A stretch of 64,000 nucleotides of DNA from Terriglobia bacterium. Its GTDB lineage: Bacteria > Acidobacteriota > Terriglobia > 20CM-2-55-15. Shown one piece after another: positions 1 to 8,526 of the stretch (position 1 is its first letter; each line of letters begins with the position of its first letter). The notes beneath the pieces were generated by a model. It worked only from the letters and a program-made list of their open reading frames with translations, ran no database searches and was not told where the DNA came from. The stretch lies in assembly GCA_965206125.1 (NCBI GenBank), contig CBDBIN010000045.1, positions 772,531 through 836,530 on the forward strand, read 5' to 3'. The position numbers and the translations under genes are program-made.

Positions 1-862
1 CAGACCGACCGCGCCGAGCGATACGAACATGGCGGGCCGGAGGTTTCCGAAAAGGGCGTCATGGAGAACAACCACGCCTTCCTGGGCGATCTGCTCTCGC
101 GAGTTCTGCAACGAAGGGATGACGCCGCTCAACCGCACGAGCTCGGCCTTGAGCCCGACGGTGGAGGCGTCAGGCGTCAACCGTGCCACGACACTCAATT
201 CACCCATGTTCGTGAAGTTGGATTCGGCAGGATTCACCACGAGGGGTGTGAAGACCTCGGCCTGGTAGCCGAATGGACGGTACCGCGGCGCCAACACACC
301 CACGATGGTGTGCGGTGTTCCGCTGAACGCTCCGGGCACCATCGGAATAGCCGCCGAGGTATAGAGATTCACGCGTTGCCCTACCACGCCAGCCTCACCG
401 GCGAAGTGACTCTGCCACAGTCTGTAACTGATCAGAGCCACCGGTTCCGCGCCTGGAACACCGTCTCCCGCGTCGAAACCGCGCCCGAGCAGCGGCGGGA
501 TGCCGAACACGTCGAAGTGGTTGGTCGTGACACCGATGCCCGATACTTCTTCCGGTGCGTCCCCACCGGCAATGACGTAGTTGCGACCGGCGAACGCCGT
601 CAGGTCCGCATATTCCGCGACGCCCGGTTGCAACTGGGCAAACTGCTGCATCGTTAGCGACACCTGACCGCTCGTGAACGCCCAAACCAGCCGATCGGCG
701 CCCGGAAACGGCAACGGCTGAAACACGGCCGCGTTCACCACGGCGTAGATCACGATATTGGCGCCAAGACCTAAAGCCAACGTTGCGACTGCGGCGAGTG
801 TAAAACCAGGCGATTTGCGAAACGAGCGGACGGCGAAACGAGCGTCTTCGAAGAGTTGCATC
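1..862 (-). CDS. MacB/FtsX-like (ADOP-family) ABC permease, N-terminal portion; gene runs off the window start
   Basis: Reverse complement of 1-862 translates from the ATG at 862 as MMQLFEDARFAVRSFRKSPGFTLAAVATLALGLGANIVIYAVVNAAVFQPLPFPG... This is a cytoplasmic basic stretch, TM1 and a large periplasmic domain, typical of the N-terminus of MacB-like/ADOP permeases. There is no stop before the window edge, so the ORF is absent from the six-frame track. Confidence 0.55.
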
Positions 863-867
863 ATGGC

Positions 868-1461
868 TCAGTCCGGAAACCGGGTCAGCGCGTTTTCGTC
901 GGTGTGCTCGAATACCTTTCCGTAGATCTCGACAATCGTCGTCTCGGAATAGGACAGGCGCTCCGGGCCTACTGTGATCTGATGGCGGAATTCCATGGTT
1001 CGGGCGTTCTCTCGCATGAAAGGAGATTGAATGATGTTCCAGTCCGGATCGTCATGCCGTGCCGCCACCTCCAGAGTGACGTCGCTTACCGTGCGGCTCG
1101 ATTCGTCCCACGGACCACCCGCAAGCACTCCGACCGCGCGAGGAATCACGAGCGAGTGCATCACGACGCCGGCAGACCGGTCCCACATCCAATAACCGGT
1201 CTCGTCGTGAAAGACCTCGCGATCGGACTTGCGGCGGACGATCTGTCGGTAATGGACAGCGACCAACCGCTGCGATTCGGCGTTTTCGACGTTTCCGACA
1301 CCCTCGAACGTGATCGTCTCATAGTAGGGGTTCTCTTCACGTCCATCGGGATCTGGAGCGACGTCAATCCCTTTGTCGCCTTCCCATCGGCCGATCAAGC
1401 CCGCAAGAGGACCGAAATCCACGCCTGGTCCGGCTTTGGCCTGGTCACCCATATCAACCAC
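868..1461 (-). CDS. nitrobindin-like / FABP-like beta-barrel domain protein (DUF1794-type)
   Basis: 197-aa ORF with the N-terminal motif LAGLIGRWEGDKG (GxWxGxG), characteristic of the nitrobindin/THAP4-like haem-binding beta-barrel family. It overlaps the upstream aldolase gene by 8 nt. Confidence 0.4.
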   Translation of the reverse strand: MVDMGDQAKAGPGVDFGPLAGLIGRWEGDKGIDVAPDPDGREENPYYETITFEGVGNVENAESQRLVAVHYRQIVRRKSDREVFHDETGYWMWDRSAGVVMHSLVIPRAVGVLAGGPWDESSRTVSDVTLEVAARHDDPDWNIIQSPFMRENARTMEFRHQITVGPERLSYSETTIVEIYGKVFEHTDENALTRFPD

Positions 1462-2257
1462 CCACTGCCCTACGACCGATCGCGATCACTTCGGCGTCGC
1501 CGATGATGAGCCGGAAGCCCTGCTCCAGCTTTTGCTCCACATCGTCGACGCTCGACAACGCGGAACAGGAAACGTCGTGCTTCCTGCAAGCTGCGACCAC
1601 CATCTGGATCGCATCCTCGAGCGCCTGCGGATCCCCACCAAGCGACGACGACAGGCTGCCGCGTCCGACCGACGCGATACTGACCCCCGGTGTGCCGATG
1701 ATCTCTGATGCCAGACCGACGGCATCTCTGTCTTCAATCATGACGTAGAGCAAGAAGCTTCCGTTTGGATCCGCGGGCCACAATGACGCGGATGTCTCGC
1801 CGATCCAGCGGACCACCTGTCGGACCTGTTCGGGGTTCATGACGTGCGGGATGATCACACCGTCGGCGCCGGCTTCCACGAGCTGCCGAATCCGCATCCT
1901 GGTATCGTCCGCGCCGTCACCGACCGGAGCGATACGGACAAGCATCGTCGGTGGATCCGATTGCTCCCGGAGCGCGCCGATGAATCGAACCACGGCCATG
2001 GCATCGAAGCGGCGCTGGGCGTCATAGAACACGAAGTCGAGTTGGGCATCTCGGGCCATGCGAGCGGCCCCTTCAGGAGACCGGTCGTTGGCGAAGGAAC
2101 CGAAGACCCGCTCTCCGAGCTCGAGCAGGCCGATGATCTTGTTCGGCGAGTCAGCCTGGCGGGCAAATGCCCCTAACCCAAGGGGTACGAGCAGGCCGAT
2201 CAATACGGCGGCTCGGAGCTGGTGATGGCGAAAATGCATATGTCCTCGTCGATACAC
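1454..2257 (-). CDS. HpcH/HpaI aldolase / citrate-lyase family protein with a signal-like N-terminal segment
   Basis: 267 aa. It carries a DFVFYD..-type motif and the overall pattern of the HpcH/HpaI family (DFVFIDLEHG-like, EDR.A..L..EI). The hydrophobic N-terminal stretch AAVLIGLLVPLGLGAFA resembles a signal peptide. Confidence 0.5.
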   Translation of the reverse strand: MYRRGHMHFRHHQLRAAVLIGLLVPLGLGAFARQADSPNKIIGLLELGERVFGSFANDRSPEGAARMARDAQLDFVFYDAQRRFDAMAVVRFIGALREQSDPPTMLVRIAPVGDGADDTRMRIRQLVEAGADGVIIPHVMNPEQVRQVVRWIGETSASLWPADPNGSFLLYVMIEDRDAVGLASEIIGTPGVSIASVGRGSLSSSLGGDPQALEDAIQMVVAACRKHDVSCSALSSVDDVEQKLEQGFRLIIGDAEVIAIGRRAVGG

Positions 2258-2402
2258 TATCCTACCAACATCCTATTGTGGCCTGTACCAATAGACACCG
2301 AACTCACCAACTGAGTACCGCTGGCTACGAAGGCCTTCCGACGCGTCAATCGGAACCGCGGGTTGCCTCCTACAAAGTAGGTCGTTTAGACTCGGTGAAC
2401 CC

Positions 2403-2901
2403 ATGAGAATCCCCCAACATCTACTCTTTGTTCTGTTGCTGGCGAATTACTTTGCGAGCGGTTGCAGCGCCACCGAAAGCGCCCCCGACGCCCAGACCGC
2501 GTCGGCCCTGACCGAAGACGGTCCGCTGCTTGTTTCGGCCGACGTCGGCTTCGCCCCGCATGCCATGATCCGGCCCGATGGCGTTCCCGAAGGCTTCAAT
2601 ATCGATCTGGCGGAAGAGTTTGCGCGCCGTCTGGGCCGGCCTGGCTATGAGATCGTCGACCAGGAGTGGTCGGGCATGTTTGCAGGGCTGAACGCGAACC
2701 GCTTCGAATTCATCATCGCTCCGACGACGATGACATACGAGCGTTCCCAGGAGGTACTGTTCGTCGAGGGTTATCTCGACACGGACTACACGTTTCTGAT
2801 CCAGAATGACGCCCCTGAAATAATGACGCTCGAGAACATTCGCCGGAAAGCCATCGCGGTCAACAACGGATCCGCATACGATCTCTGGGCTATGGTGCCA
2901 C
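2403..2901 (+). pseudogene. polar amino-acid ABC transporter substrate-binding lipoprotein, 5' fragment, interrupted by the IS30 element
   Basis: Lipobox LLLANYFASGC followed by family-3 SBP sequence up to ...AIAVNNGSAYDLWAM. The reading frame then runs into the left inverted repeat of the IS. Confidence 0.7.
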
Positions 2902-4113
2902 CTCAACCGATCGATGCAACACAAGCGTTGAATCGTTCTGCTGGAGTTTCAAACTCCAGCGTCTTACGCGGCCGTTCATTGAGCTCACGTGCCACCTTGT
3001 TCAGGTGCGCCTGCGAGTGCACCGATAAGTCGGTTCTCTTTGGGAAGTACTGTCGGAGCAGGCCATTCGTGTTTTCATTGGAACCACGTTGCCATGGACT
3101 CTGCGGATCGCAGAAGTAGACGTCGATGTCGGTCGCCAGGGTAAACCGCCGATGATCTCCCATTTCCTTGCCGCGATCCCAGGTCAGCGATTTATACAGC
3201 TCGGTCGGTAGTTTCTTCGCGTGCTTGATCAGTGCAGGCACGACGGTCTTGGTCTGTTTATCCGACACTTTCACCAACATCACGTAACGGGTATGGCGTT
3301 CGACCAGGGTCGCAATGTAGGTGTTGTTCGATCCCACTATCAGATCTCCCTCCCAGTGACCGGGAACGGCACGATCTTCGACCTCGGCCGGGCGCTCACG
3401 AATCGATACGATATCGGCGAGATCCCCTTTCCCGTGACCTTTGTGACTGGAATGTCGGGATCGACGAATCGTTCGTCTCGACCTCAGATGTCTAAGTAGT
3501 TCTTTCTTAAACACCCCGCGCGCCTGCACGAATAGGCTGCGATAGATCGTCTCGTGGGACACGTGATACGACTCATCCTCTGGATAGGATCGCTTCAGCC
3601 AGCCGGCGATCTGTTCGGGCGACCAATTCCGCCGGAGCTTCCTCGCCACCATTCGCCGTAACCGCGGATGGCGACCCAACTGACATCGCTTCGGGCGACG
3701 GGCCCGGTTCCAAGCCTGTTCATCGGCGACAGACGCCCGGTAGTCATCATAGCCCCCATTGCGCTGGATCTCCCGGCTCACCGTCGAGGGTGAACGCCCC
3801 AGACACTCTGCGATCGAACGCAACGACTGCTCGGCCGCGATCCCGCGGGAGATCTCCTCACGTTCCGACAGGCTCAAAGCCAACCTCGACCGTCGTCGTG
3901 GTCGAGGACGAATGCCTCCGGTATGCGCCAGCTGACAATATACAGACGATGACAGCTTGCCAAACGCTCGCCCGATCTCATGCAGAGATTCCCCTCGCCG
4001 CCACCGATCCCATACCTCCGCCTTCTCCGCCGCCGTGAAACCGAATCGCATCCCTTTCCGCATACACTCCACCTCTTCCTTTTAAGATAAAGTGTTGCGT
4101 CGATCCATTGAGA
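2902..4113. mobile_element. IS30-family insertion sequence (~1.2 kb)
   Basis: A single transposase ORF is flanked by imperfect ~21-bp terminal inverted repeats. The left repeat is ctcaaccgatcgatgcaacac at 2902-2922. The right repeat is gtgttgcgtcgatccattgag at 4093-4113, whose reverse complement is ctcaatggatcgacgcaacac. The element sits inside the SBP gene. Confidence 0.75.
2903..4072 (-). CDS. IS30 family transposase
   Basis: 389 aa with an N-terminal HTH region (EIGRAFGKLSSSVYCQL..., SIAECLGRSPSTVSREIQRNG). The C-terminal DDE catalytic region has the typical IS30 signature ...GHWEGDLIVG...TLVERHTRYV...TWDRGKEM...YFCDPQSPWQRGSNENTNGLLRQYFPK. Confidence 0.85.
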   Translation of the reverse strand: MECMRKGMRFGFTAAEKAEVWDRWRRGESLHEIGRAFGKLSSSVYCQLAHTGGIRPRPRRRSRLALSLSEREEISRGIAAEQSLRSIAECLGRSPSTVSREIQRNGGYDDYRASVADEQAWNRARRPKRCQLGRHPRLRRMVARKLRRNWSPEQIAGWLKRSYPEDESYHVSHETIYRSLFVQARGVFKKELLRHLRSRRTIRRSRHSSHKGHGKGDLADIVSIRERPAEVEDRAVPGHWEGDLIVGSNNTYIATLVERHTRYVMLVKVSDKQTKTVVPALIKHAKKLPTELYKSLTWDRGKEMGDHRRFTLATDIDVYFCDPQSPWQRGSNENTNGLLRQYFPKRTDLSVHSQAHLNKVARELNERPRKTLEFETPAERFNACVASIG

Positions 4114-4515
4114 TCAGCAGAAAACCGGGACAAGTACGATCTCGAAGTCCAGCGCTACGGCAAGAACGCCGACGCTGTCCAGGCGGTCGTGACGGGCCGC
4201 GCGTTCGCCAACCTTGCGGGCGAGACGGTTGCCAAATGGGCTGCAAAGCAGAGTCCTCTGGTCAAGACGACCTACACCATCAAGAGCGGCAGCAAATTCT
4301 CTGCTGCTTTCCGTCACGAAGATGTCGAATACCGCAACCGGGTCGAGGATGCCCTCGAATGCATGAAGATGGACGGAACGATCGCACGCCTGCACGAAAA
4401 ATGGTTTGGGGACCTGCCGGTGGAAGGCTCGGCGGCGATTACGGTTCTGGAAGGCTACGGTGAGCCGGGAATGGAGGGCTACGACCCGACGCCACATCCC
4501 GACGGGTGCAGCTGA
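4114..4515 (+). pseudogene. 3' fragment of the IS30-disrupted substrate-binding protein gene
   Basis: The ORF 4108-4515 encodes ...KYDLEVQRYGKNADAVQAVVTGRAFANLAGETV...IARLHEKWFG, the C-terminal lobe of a family-3 solute-binding protein. It is in a different frame from the 5' fragment, consistent with an insertion of about 1.2 kb plus a 2-3-bp target site duplication. Confidence 0.65.
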
Positions 4516-5267
4516 CGCGGCTTTCCATGGGACAGGCCATCCTCAAGATTGAAGGACTGAGGAAGAGCTTCGGAGGCCTTGAGGTCCTCAAAGGCATCGA
4601 TCTGGATGTCGCGCCCGAAGAACTCGTTTTCGTTATCGGCCCTTCCGGCTCGGGAAAGAGCACTCTACTCCGCTGCTGCAACCGCCTCGAGAAACCGACC
4701 GCCGGATCAATCGTCGTGGACGGGACCGACATCCTTGCTCCGGGTGTCAACGTCAACGAACTGCGCCGCAGGATTGGGATGGTTTTCCAATCGTTCAACC
4801 TGTACCCACATCTTCAGGCCCTGGCAAACGTCACGCTTGCCCTCCGCAAAGCATCCGGACAGTCGAAGTCTGAAGCCGACGATCGGGGACGGGCGGCCCT
4901 CGACAGGGTGGGGTTGGGCGACAAGGCGGACGCCTACCCGGGTCAACTTTCCGGAGGTCAGCAGCAGCGGGTGGCCATCGCGCGCGCCCTGGCCCTGGAA
5001 CCTCGGATCCTTCTGATGGACGAGCCCACCAGTGCCCTGGACCCCGAACTTGTCGGCAGCGTCCTCGAGGTCATTCGTGAACTGCAGGGTTCGGGCATGA
5101 CGATGGTTGTCGTCAGTCATGAGATGCAGTTCGCCCGCGAGGCCGCCGACCGTGTCGTGTTCCTCGACGGAGGAGAAATCGTCGAGATCGGAACTCCGGA
5201 GCGAATCTTCGGCTCGCCCGACCAGGCACGTACACGAGAGTTTCTCACGCGTGTTCGTGCCGGCTGA
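4506..5267 (+). CDS. polar amino-acid ABC transporter ATP-binding protein (GlnQ/HisP type)
   Basis: Walker A GPSGSGKST, ABC signature LSGGQQQRVAIARAL, Walker B ILLMDEPTSALD and an H-loop are present. Length is 253 aa. Confidence 0.9.
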   Translation: MQLTRLSMGQAILKIEGLRKSFGGLEVLKGIDLDVAPEELVFVIGPSGSGKSTLLRCCNRLEKPTAGSIVVDGTDILAPGVNVNELRRRIGMVFQSFNLYPHLQALANVTLALRKASGQSKSEADDRGRAALDRVGLGDKADAYPGQLSGGQQQRVAIARALALEPRILLMDEPTSALDPELVGSVLEVIRELQGSGMTMVVVSHEMQFAREAADRVVFLDGGEIVEIGTPERIFGSPDQARTREFLTRVRAG

Positions 5268-5275
5268 CGGATGGC

Positions 5276-5938
5276 ATGATCGAAAGCTTCTTCAACCTCG
5301 AGGTAATGGCCCGCGTCTACCCGTCGATCGTCCGCGGCTTGTGGATCACGCTGGCGCTCTCGGCGCTGATCATTCCTTGCGGAACGGCCCTCGGACTCCT
5401 GCTGGCAACCATTCGAACTCTCCAAGTTCGCGCGCTGAACTTCTTCATCATCCTGTTCATCGACGCGTTTCGCGCCATACCGCCGCTGGTCATCCTCATC
5501 GTCGTCTACTTTGCGCTCCCCTTTGTCGGGTTCCAGTTGTCCGGGTTTGTTGCGGCCTGGCTTAGCTTAAGCCTGGTACTGGGAGCGTTCTCGGAAGAAG
5601 TCTTCTGGGGCAGCATCGTCGCTGTGGACCGAGGCCAGTGGGAAGCGGCCCGTTCGACCGGGCTCGGGTTTACCGAAACCTTGCGACATGTCGTCCTGCC
5701 CCAGGCGATTCGATTGGCGCTGCCGCCGTTGACGAACCGCGCAATCGCAATCGGCAAGAGCACGGCGCTGGCCTCGGTCATCGCGGTGCCGGAAATACTC
5801 AACCAGGCGTTGAGCGCGCAAGCCCAGGCAGCCAACCCGTCTCCGCTCACGCTCGCGGCCGTCGCCTACCTGGCGATCTTCGTCCCCCTTGTCGTTGTAA
5901 GTCGATGGGTCGTTGCGCGGTTTCGGTGGAGACACTAG
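5276..5938 (+). CDS. polar amino-acid ABC transporter permease (His/Glu/Gln/Arg/opine family)
   Basis: 220 aa multi-TM protein with an EAA-like loop (EAARSTGLGFTETLRHVVLPQAIRLALPPL). Confidence 0.85.
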   Translation: MIESFFNLEVMARVYPSIVRGLWITLALSALIIPCGTALGLLLATIRTLQVRALNFFIILFIDAFRAIPPLVILIVVYFALPFVGFQLSGFVAAWLSLSLVLGAFSEEVFWGSIVAVDRGQWEAARSTGLGFTETLRHVVLPQAIRLALPPLTNRAIAIGKSTALASVIAVPEILNQALSAQAQAANPSPLTLAAVAYLAIFVPLVVVSRWVVARFRWRH

Positions 5939-5948
5939 CCAGGAAACC

Positions 5949-6623
5949 ATGCAGCAACTGATCGACACTTTTCTGAACCCCGACATCATGAGGACAAGTG
6001 TTCCCTATCTTGTTCGAGGTTTTTGGATGACCCTCGGGCTGTGCGCGCTGGTGATCCCGCTCGGCATCGTGGGCGGCTTGATCCTGGCGAGCCTCCACAA
6101 CCTTGGCCACCGATGGCTGAACGCGATCCTGATCGTCTATGTCGATCTGTTTCGGGCGTTCCCTCCGCTCGTGCTGCTGATCTTTGTCTATTACGGACTG
6201 CCCTCGATGGGCGTCGAACTGTCGCCTCTTTCTGCCGTGGTCCTCGCCTTCACGCTGAACACGTCGAGCTATTACGGCGAGATCCTTCGCGCCGGGATCG
6301 AAAGCGTCCCGCTCGGCCAGTGGGAGGCGGCGCGATCGACAGGCCTGAGCCGTTTCCAGACGATGTTGCACGTCGTCGTTCCGCAGGCCGTCCGCACCGT
6401 GTTGCCCGATCTGGTCGGCAACACGCTGGAGGTGGTCAAGTTGACATCCCTGGCCAGCGTCGTGGCGCTGCCCGAGCTGCTCCGCATGGCGCGCATCGCT
6501 CAAGGCATTACCTTCAACCCGACGCCGCTCGTCCTGGCCGCCATCGTCTACTTCCTGTTACTCTGGCCCTTCGTCCGCCTGCTGAGCCGGATGGAAAGGC
6601 GGATGCTGGTACCGACGACTTGA
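5949..6623 (+). CDS. polar amino-acid ABC transporter permease (second subunit)
   Basis: Paralogous to the previous gene, with EAARSTGLSRFQTMLHVVVPQAVRTVLPDL. The start is placed at the Met of MQQLIDTF, which follows an AGGA-like ribosome binding site. The ORF-track start at 5913 would overlap the upstream gene. Confidence 0.8.
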   Translation: MQQLIDTFLNPDIMRTSVPYLVRGFWMTLGLCALVIPLGIVGGLILASLHNLGHRWLNAILIVYVDLFRAFPPLVLLIFVYYGLPSMGVELSPLSAVVLAFTLNTSSYYGEILRAGIESVPLGQWEAARSTGLSRFQTMLHVVVPQAVRTVLPDLVGNTLEVVKLTSLASVVALPELLRMARIAQGITFNPTPLVLAAIVYFLLLWPFVRLLSRMERRMLVPTT

Positions 6624-6632
6624 ACAACACTA

Positions 6633-7285
6633 TGTGGAGTCCAATTCTCGTCATCAACCCCAATTCGACTGAATCCGTCACGGAAGGAATGGACAGGGCG
6701 GTGGAGCCCCTGCGGCTGGAGGGAGGTCCCCCGATCGAGTGCCTGACGCTCGCCCAGGGCCCACCGGGGATCGAATCCCAGGAGCAGGCGGACGCGGTCG
6801 TGGGGCCGGTCTGCGACTTGATCCGCTCCCGGAACTACGAAGCCTCCGCGTTCGTCATCGCCTGTTACAGCGATCCCGGGCTTTCGGAGGCTCGAGGCGC
6901 ATCATCGAAGCCCTTTCTGGGAATCGCGGAGTCCGCGATGTTGACGGCGATGACCCGTGGCGATCGGTTCGGCGTGATCTCGATCCTCGAAGGTTCCATC
7001 CCGCGACATGAATGCTATGTCCGGCGGTTGGGCCTCGCGTCTCGTTCGGCCGGGGATCGAGCCATAGGTGTGGGCGTGACGGAACTCTCGGACGAAGGCC
7101 GGGCGCTGGGCCGGATGATATCGATCGGAACCGCGTTGCGTGATCAAGACGGCGCCGACGTCCTGATCCTGGGCTGCGCGGGCATGGCTCCCTATCGACG
7201 AACCCTCGAAGAAACTCTCGGCCTTCCTGTGGTCGAACCGACGCATGCCGCGGTAACCCTCGCGATCGGAGCGGTTCTCGGGTAG
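6633..7285 (+). CDS. Asp/Glu/hydantoin racemase family protein (hydantoin racemase-like)
   Basis: About 217 aa from MWSPILVINPNS. The two catalytic Cys motifs VIACYSDPG and LILGCAGM typical of hydantoin racemases are present. The ORF-track entry 6023-7285 has a spurious N-terminal extension that overlaps the permease gene. Confidence 0.75.
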
Positions 7286-7297
7286 GCAGGGCAGCAA

Positions 7298-7560
7298 CCC
7301 GTGGCAGAAGTCTGATGGCCCGCGTTACGGCGACGTCGCGCCAGATGCTAGGCGCCGTGCCGACAGCGATGCCGGTACATCGTTGAGGTGCGGCAACAAC
7401 GCAGATGGTGTGACGTCGCCGTAACCCTTTGGGCGCATGGGGGTTGCGGGGCGGATACTTCGTTGCTCGTCGTCATGATGAAGCAGCATCACTTCCTCCT
7501 CGCGCCTCGTCTTCGCCCCGCAAGACCCATGCGCGCGGGCCATCAGACTTCTGCCACGGG
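7298..7560. repeat. 263-bp compound palindromic element: 27-bp perfect terminal inverted repeats enclosing two internal hairpins
   Basis: cccgtggcagaagtctgatggcccgcg at 7298-7324 is exactly reverse-complementary to 7534-7560. An internal inverted repeat pairs ttacggcgacgtc at 7325-7337 with gacgtcgccgtaa at 7412-7424. A second pairs catgggggttgcggggcg at 7436-7453 with cgccccgcaagacccatg at 7514-7531. The element lies in the intergenic region between convergent genes. Confidence 0.7.
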
Positions 7561-7563
7561 CTG

Positions 7564-8499
7564 CTAGTCCGGAAGAACGACCCCCGTCTGGGACGTAATC
7601 AATCCGTAGTGTTCGATGCGGCGGTGTTTGGCGAAGTTGAAGATGTTCTCCTTGATGTCGGCTCCGAGCTCCAGATCGCAGTTGTAGGTGACAACCTCGT
7701 CGTCCTCACTGAGCGCCTGGGCTACGATCTCGCCGGTCGGGGCGACGATCGCCGTGCCACCGATCAGCCCGTGCCCGTCTTCGGATCCCGCCTTGGCCGT
7801 CGCCACGACCCAGGCTCCGTTCTGGTATGCCCCCGCCTGCAACGACAACATGTGATGGAACATCCTTTGATGTACAGGCTGGTGGTGGTGGATGTTCGTG
7901 TCGGGCGTGTTGTACCCGAGGACGACCATCTCCACGCCCTGGAGTCCCATGACCCGGAAGGTCTCGGGCCACCGCCGATCGTTGCAGATGCACATGCCGA
8001 TCACGCCGTCGAACGCCCGCCAGACCCGAAAGCCCAGGTTGCCGATGTCAAAGTATCGCTTCTCCAGGTGCTGGAACGGCTTCCCCTCGAGGTGTTCCGC
8101 GTGCCCCGGCAGATGAATCTTCCGGTATTTTCCGATGATGCCGCCGTCCTTGCCGACCAGGATCGCGGTGTTGAAGTGCCGGACTTGTCCGTCTTCCTCG
8201 GCCAGCTCGGCGTAGCCCAGATGGAAACCGATGCCCAAGCGCCGGGCCTCGTCGAACAGCAGCGCGGCGGCGGGGTTAGGCATCTCCCGCTCAAAAAAGG
8301 CATCGATGTCCTCCTGCTTTTCGATGAAATAACGCGGGAAGAACGTAGTCAGCGCGAGCTCCGGAAAGACCACGAGCTCGCAGCCCGAGGCATGGGCCTC
8401 GCCCAGCATCTTGACGAGCCGTCGAACCACCACTTCCCTCGAATCCGCGCGCTGGATCGGCCCCATCTGGGCGGCCGCTACTTTCAGAAACCTGGACAT
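7564..8499 (-). CDS. N-carbamoyl-D-amino-acid hydrolase (D-carbamoylase, nitrilase superfamily)
   Basis: 311 aa. The motifs FPELALTTFFPR, GYAEL, KIHLPGH, FQHLEKRYF and the catalytic Cys in MCICNDRRWPE all match D-carbamoylases. Confidence 0.85.
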   Translation of the reverse strand: MSRFLKVAAAQMGPIQRADSREVVVRRLVKMLGEAHASGCELVVFPELALTTFFPRYFIEKQEDIDAFFEREMPNPAAALLFDEARRLGIGFHLGYAELAEEDGQVRHFNTAILVGKDGGIIGKYRKIHLPGHAEHLEGKPFQHLEKRYFDIGNLGFRVWRAFDGVIGMCICNDRRWPETFRVMGLQGVEMVVLGYNTPDTNIHHHQPVHQRMFHHMLSLQAGAYQNGAWVVATAKAGSEDGHGLIGGTAIVAPTGEIVAQALSEDDEVVTYNCDLELGADIKENIFNFAKHRRIEHYGLITSQTGVVLPD

Positions 8500-8526
8500 A
8501 GTCTTCCTCGAATCATGGAGACGGCA

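Noticed and set aside
1454-1461. 8-nt overlap between the aldolase and nitrobindin-like genes, considered as a possible frameshift fusion.
   Set aside because: Both ORFs have their own plausible starts and stops. The overlap is a typical operon-style junction.
6023-6632. N-terminal 200 codons of ORF 6023-7285.
   Set aside because: This stretch overlaps the second permease gene in another frame. Recognisable racemase sequence begins only at MWSPILVINP (6633).
7325-7543. 72-aa minus-strand ORF inside the 263-bp palindromic element.
   Set aside because: It lies wholly within inverted-repeat DNA and has no RBS. Its composition follows the palindrome rather than coding bias.
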